A stretch of DNA of 64,000 nt, from positions 29,946,001 to 30,010,000 of the forward strand of contig NC_042997.1 in assembly GCF_006345805.1 (NCBI RefSeq), read 5' to 3'. The position numbers and the translations under genes were made by a program. Below the pieces are notes generated by a model. It did no database searches, was not told the DNA's origin, and saw nothing but the letters and a program-made list of their open reading frames with translations. Positions within the stretch are counted from its first letter, which is position 1; each line of letters begins with the position of its first letter. Positions 61,612 to 64,000 of this stretch are shown in pieces. This stretch comes from Octopus sinensis. Its lineage: Eukaryota.

Positions 61612-62262
61612 TGACAGGAATATCCACACGATAATGTGGATCTCCTCGGATGGTGAATCAAAAGTGAGATAGACTACATCTACATTAGTAGACGATGGCG
61701 GTCGTCGCTGCTGGATGTTTGAAGTTACAGAGGAGCAGATGTTGGATCGGTCTACAATCTGGCTGTCGGGAAAGTACAGTTAAAGCTGTAAAGGAAGTGG
61801 ACAAGAAACGCAAATCGTTTGAGGTAGTGAAACTTGAGGACTTGGAAAGACAACTACGCCGTCAGTTCGAGGTGAGCTACAAGTTTGAAGCTCTGCACCA
61901 TGCTAACGATATTGAGGAGCAGTGGAAGCTGTTTCAGCAGGCAGTAAGAGGACGTGCAAGTGTCGCTTTAGGTAAGAGAAGAGGTTATAACAAAGAGATG
62001 TGGATTACAGCAGAGATTTGTATCTATGAAAGGAAGCAGACAAATTAAAACATGATTTAACTGATTAGTTGCAGTTCTACGGTAAAAACTGAACGGGAAG
62101 TGAAGAAAATGTGAAGAAGAGACGAGCAGTAGTGGCTAGAAAAGATAGTATGGAAACTCAAGAAGCTGCAGGCAGAAATGACTCGCAAACCCTATGTAAG
62201 ATAGTGTGCGAGTTAACAAGTGCGGAGAGTGATTCCAGTGTACTGATCAAAGCTAAGAATGT
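61612..62262 (+). mobile_element. RTE-clade LINE, endonuclease C-terminus and linker, decayed
   Basis: HTIMWISSDG..., IDYIYISRRWRSSLLDV*SYRGADVGS, followed by EEQWKLFQQAV...EMWIT. Confidence 0.8.
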
Positions 62263-62306
62263 GTGTGAGTGCGTATGTGTGTGTTTGCGTGCCTCTGTGT
62301 GTGTGT

Positions 62307-62351
<45 letters not shown>

Positions 62352-62577
62352 GTTAAGTAATTGAGATTCTAGTGAATTCTAAAGAATTCACATGAATATG
62401 GTCCTTAACTAGGATGCACCGGATATCAATATGGTGTTAGCCATACGACAAGTGGGGTGATTATAAATAGGAAAAAAGCAACAAGAATGGATTAAAATCT
62501 CGGTACGATCGTTTCGTACGAGGACATCTTTAATAAGCTACAAAAAATGCAGTGAATACAGATACATATATATATAT

Positions 62578-62719
62578 ATCTGTAAAATAATATGTTACAT
62601 TACTCGATAGTCAAGATAAAACTCTGAGTTTCAGATGCCGAAGTGGGAATCCACAACGCCATCTCTTCGGTTATCTGGCTATTATTGACTATCGAGTAAT
62701 GTAAATTTATTTTACAGAT
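62578..62719. repeat. Inverted repeat, about 36-bp arms with a ~70-bp spacer
   Basis: ATCTGTAAAATAA...TTACATTACTCGATAGTCAA versus TTGACTATCGAGTAATGTAA...TTATTTTACAGAT. Confidence 0.85.
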
Positions 62720-62781
62720 AAATTTCCTCTATTTACATAATATTGAGGTCTCTTTCTTTCTTTTGTTATCTTACCGTTTTA

Positions 62782-62824
<43 letters not shown>

Positions 62825-62828
<4 letters not shown>

Positions 62829-63165
62829 CAAAACTGGGAAGAAGGGAGGTGGAACGAAACGACGAATCCAATCGACCCTGACGCGAACGCGCTGTCAGAC
62901 AATAATGTAATAAATAAGATATATGCATGCATACAAACATATATGTACGTACCTACATCTACATGTATATATACATGCATATATAAATATATATACGTGA
63001 GTACAGGACACTGCAACTAGACGTAGAACTCAACGAAAAACGAAAACGGACAAGCCATATTTTTACAACAAAAAAATAGAGACGAAACGGAAACGGGAAA
63101 AACATTATTTTTTACAACAGAAAAACAAGGTACAGGACAAACCACACAGGAAAAATCCTCAGTTC
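62825..63165 (-). mobile_element. Probable Penelope-type terminal repeat fragment
   Basis: T-rich minus strand with layout similar to the other Penelope-type ends. Assignment is by resemblance only. Confidence 0.3.
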
Positions 63166-63166
63166 A

Positions 63167-63878
63167 TCAGCTATCTCTAATCAGTGGTTTCACTGCAGGT
63201 ACTCTTTCTTGTAGGTCATCTTCAACTAAACGACGAGACACAGTTTTTCGAGATAAAGTTTTCTTCAGTAAAATGCTCGTTTCCCCAGAAACAGCAGCAG
63301 CAGTTTTAAATCTGTCCTTTTTAACCAACTTTACCATAGCACGATCTTCTTTCTTGGTCGCTTTTCTTGGCCTACCTGTAGACTTTCTTGCTTCACACGA
63401 ACCACAATGATCGTAGGCCTTAAGAATACCGTGAACAACACTTTTCGACTTGTTATCAATCTTTGCAATAGACACAATACTTAAACTATCCTTCTTTCGA
63501 AGCTTAATAATCTGCTGACGAATTGGTAACGGAGTAAGTGGCATTATATTAACAAAGTACACTGCAGGTATTCTTCCTTATGTTTGGTAAACGAACCGTC
63601 ACGTAAACAAATTCAAAACATTAGAGTTCGCCTGTTAAATATACTAAAACACGGAGTAAAAGCAACCGTTTTGATCATTTTGGCCGCCATGGGTTTTGCG
63701 GTAAATCACTAAATCATCCATAACTTTTGTTTTATCCTCTCAAATTACACCAAAATCTCAGACAATAACAGATAATATTGTATTTATTGTCTGTGAAAAT
63801 TATAGAATATAAAACAACTTTGATATACCTACTTTTCTGACGAAAACAATGCCGTTCTGAACATTTTGGCCGCAACTG
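63167..63878 (-). mobile_element. Tc1-family element, 5' part (TIR plus DNA-binding domain), truncated
   Basis: TA-CAGTTGCGGCCAAAATGTTCAGAACG terminus. ORF IRQQIIKLRKKDSLSIVSIAK...KSTGRPRKATKKEDRAMVKLVKKDRFKTA...LSRKTVSRRL is a paired-HTH Tc1 N-terminus. Confidence 0.9.
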
Positions 63879-64000
63879 TATGTATGTATGTATGTATGTA
63901 TGTATGTATGCATGTATGCATGTATGCATGTATGCATGTATGCATGTATGCATGTATGTATGTATGTATTGCCTCAATTTTGCTATAAACGCACTGATAA

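Overview
AT-rich, repeat-dominated metazoan genomic DNA. No prokaryotic features and no CRISPR array. The SINE families and very high (TA)n/(TG)n/(TACA)n/(TAGA)n load point to an octopus or other coleoid cephalopod; this is inference from recall, not a search. Most ORFs in the supplied track are microsatellite read-throughs or transposon relics. Identifiable content: about 13 copies or fragments of a tRNA/CORE-like SINE, 6 of a Deu/Nin-like SINE, 2 SINEs sharing a third tRNA head, RTE and CR1-like LINE relics, a decayed Penelope-like element (RT plus GIY-YIG), many Tc1/mariner relics including a mariner nested in another mariner, two non-autonomous Helitrons, a 5S rRNA pseudogene and a possible DIRS-type recombinase relic. 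No host gene can be named; a few splice-site-bounded open segments, mostly on the minus strand at 32-46 kb, are low-confidence exon candidates. The most notable unexplained signal is a set of sequence-unrelated type I hammerhead ribozyme motifs. Two fold completely with an intact core: 39559-39637 (+) inside a ~506-nt-period ORF-less direct/inverted repeat unit resembling a retrozyme or non-autonomous Penelope derivative, and a solitary one at 59474-59522 (-). Others lie in the arms of a foldback element (4.5-5.6 kb) or survive as relics at Penelope-type ends. Several long hairpins accompany them. All structures were folded by eye and all coordinates counted by hand.
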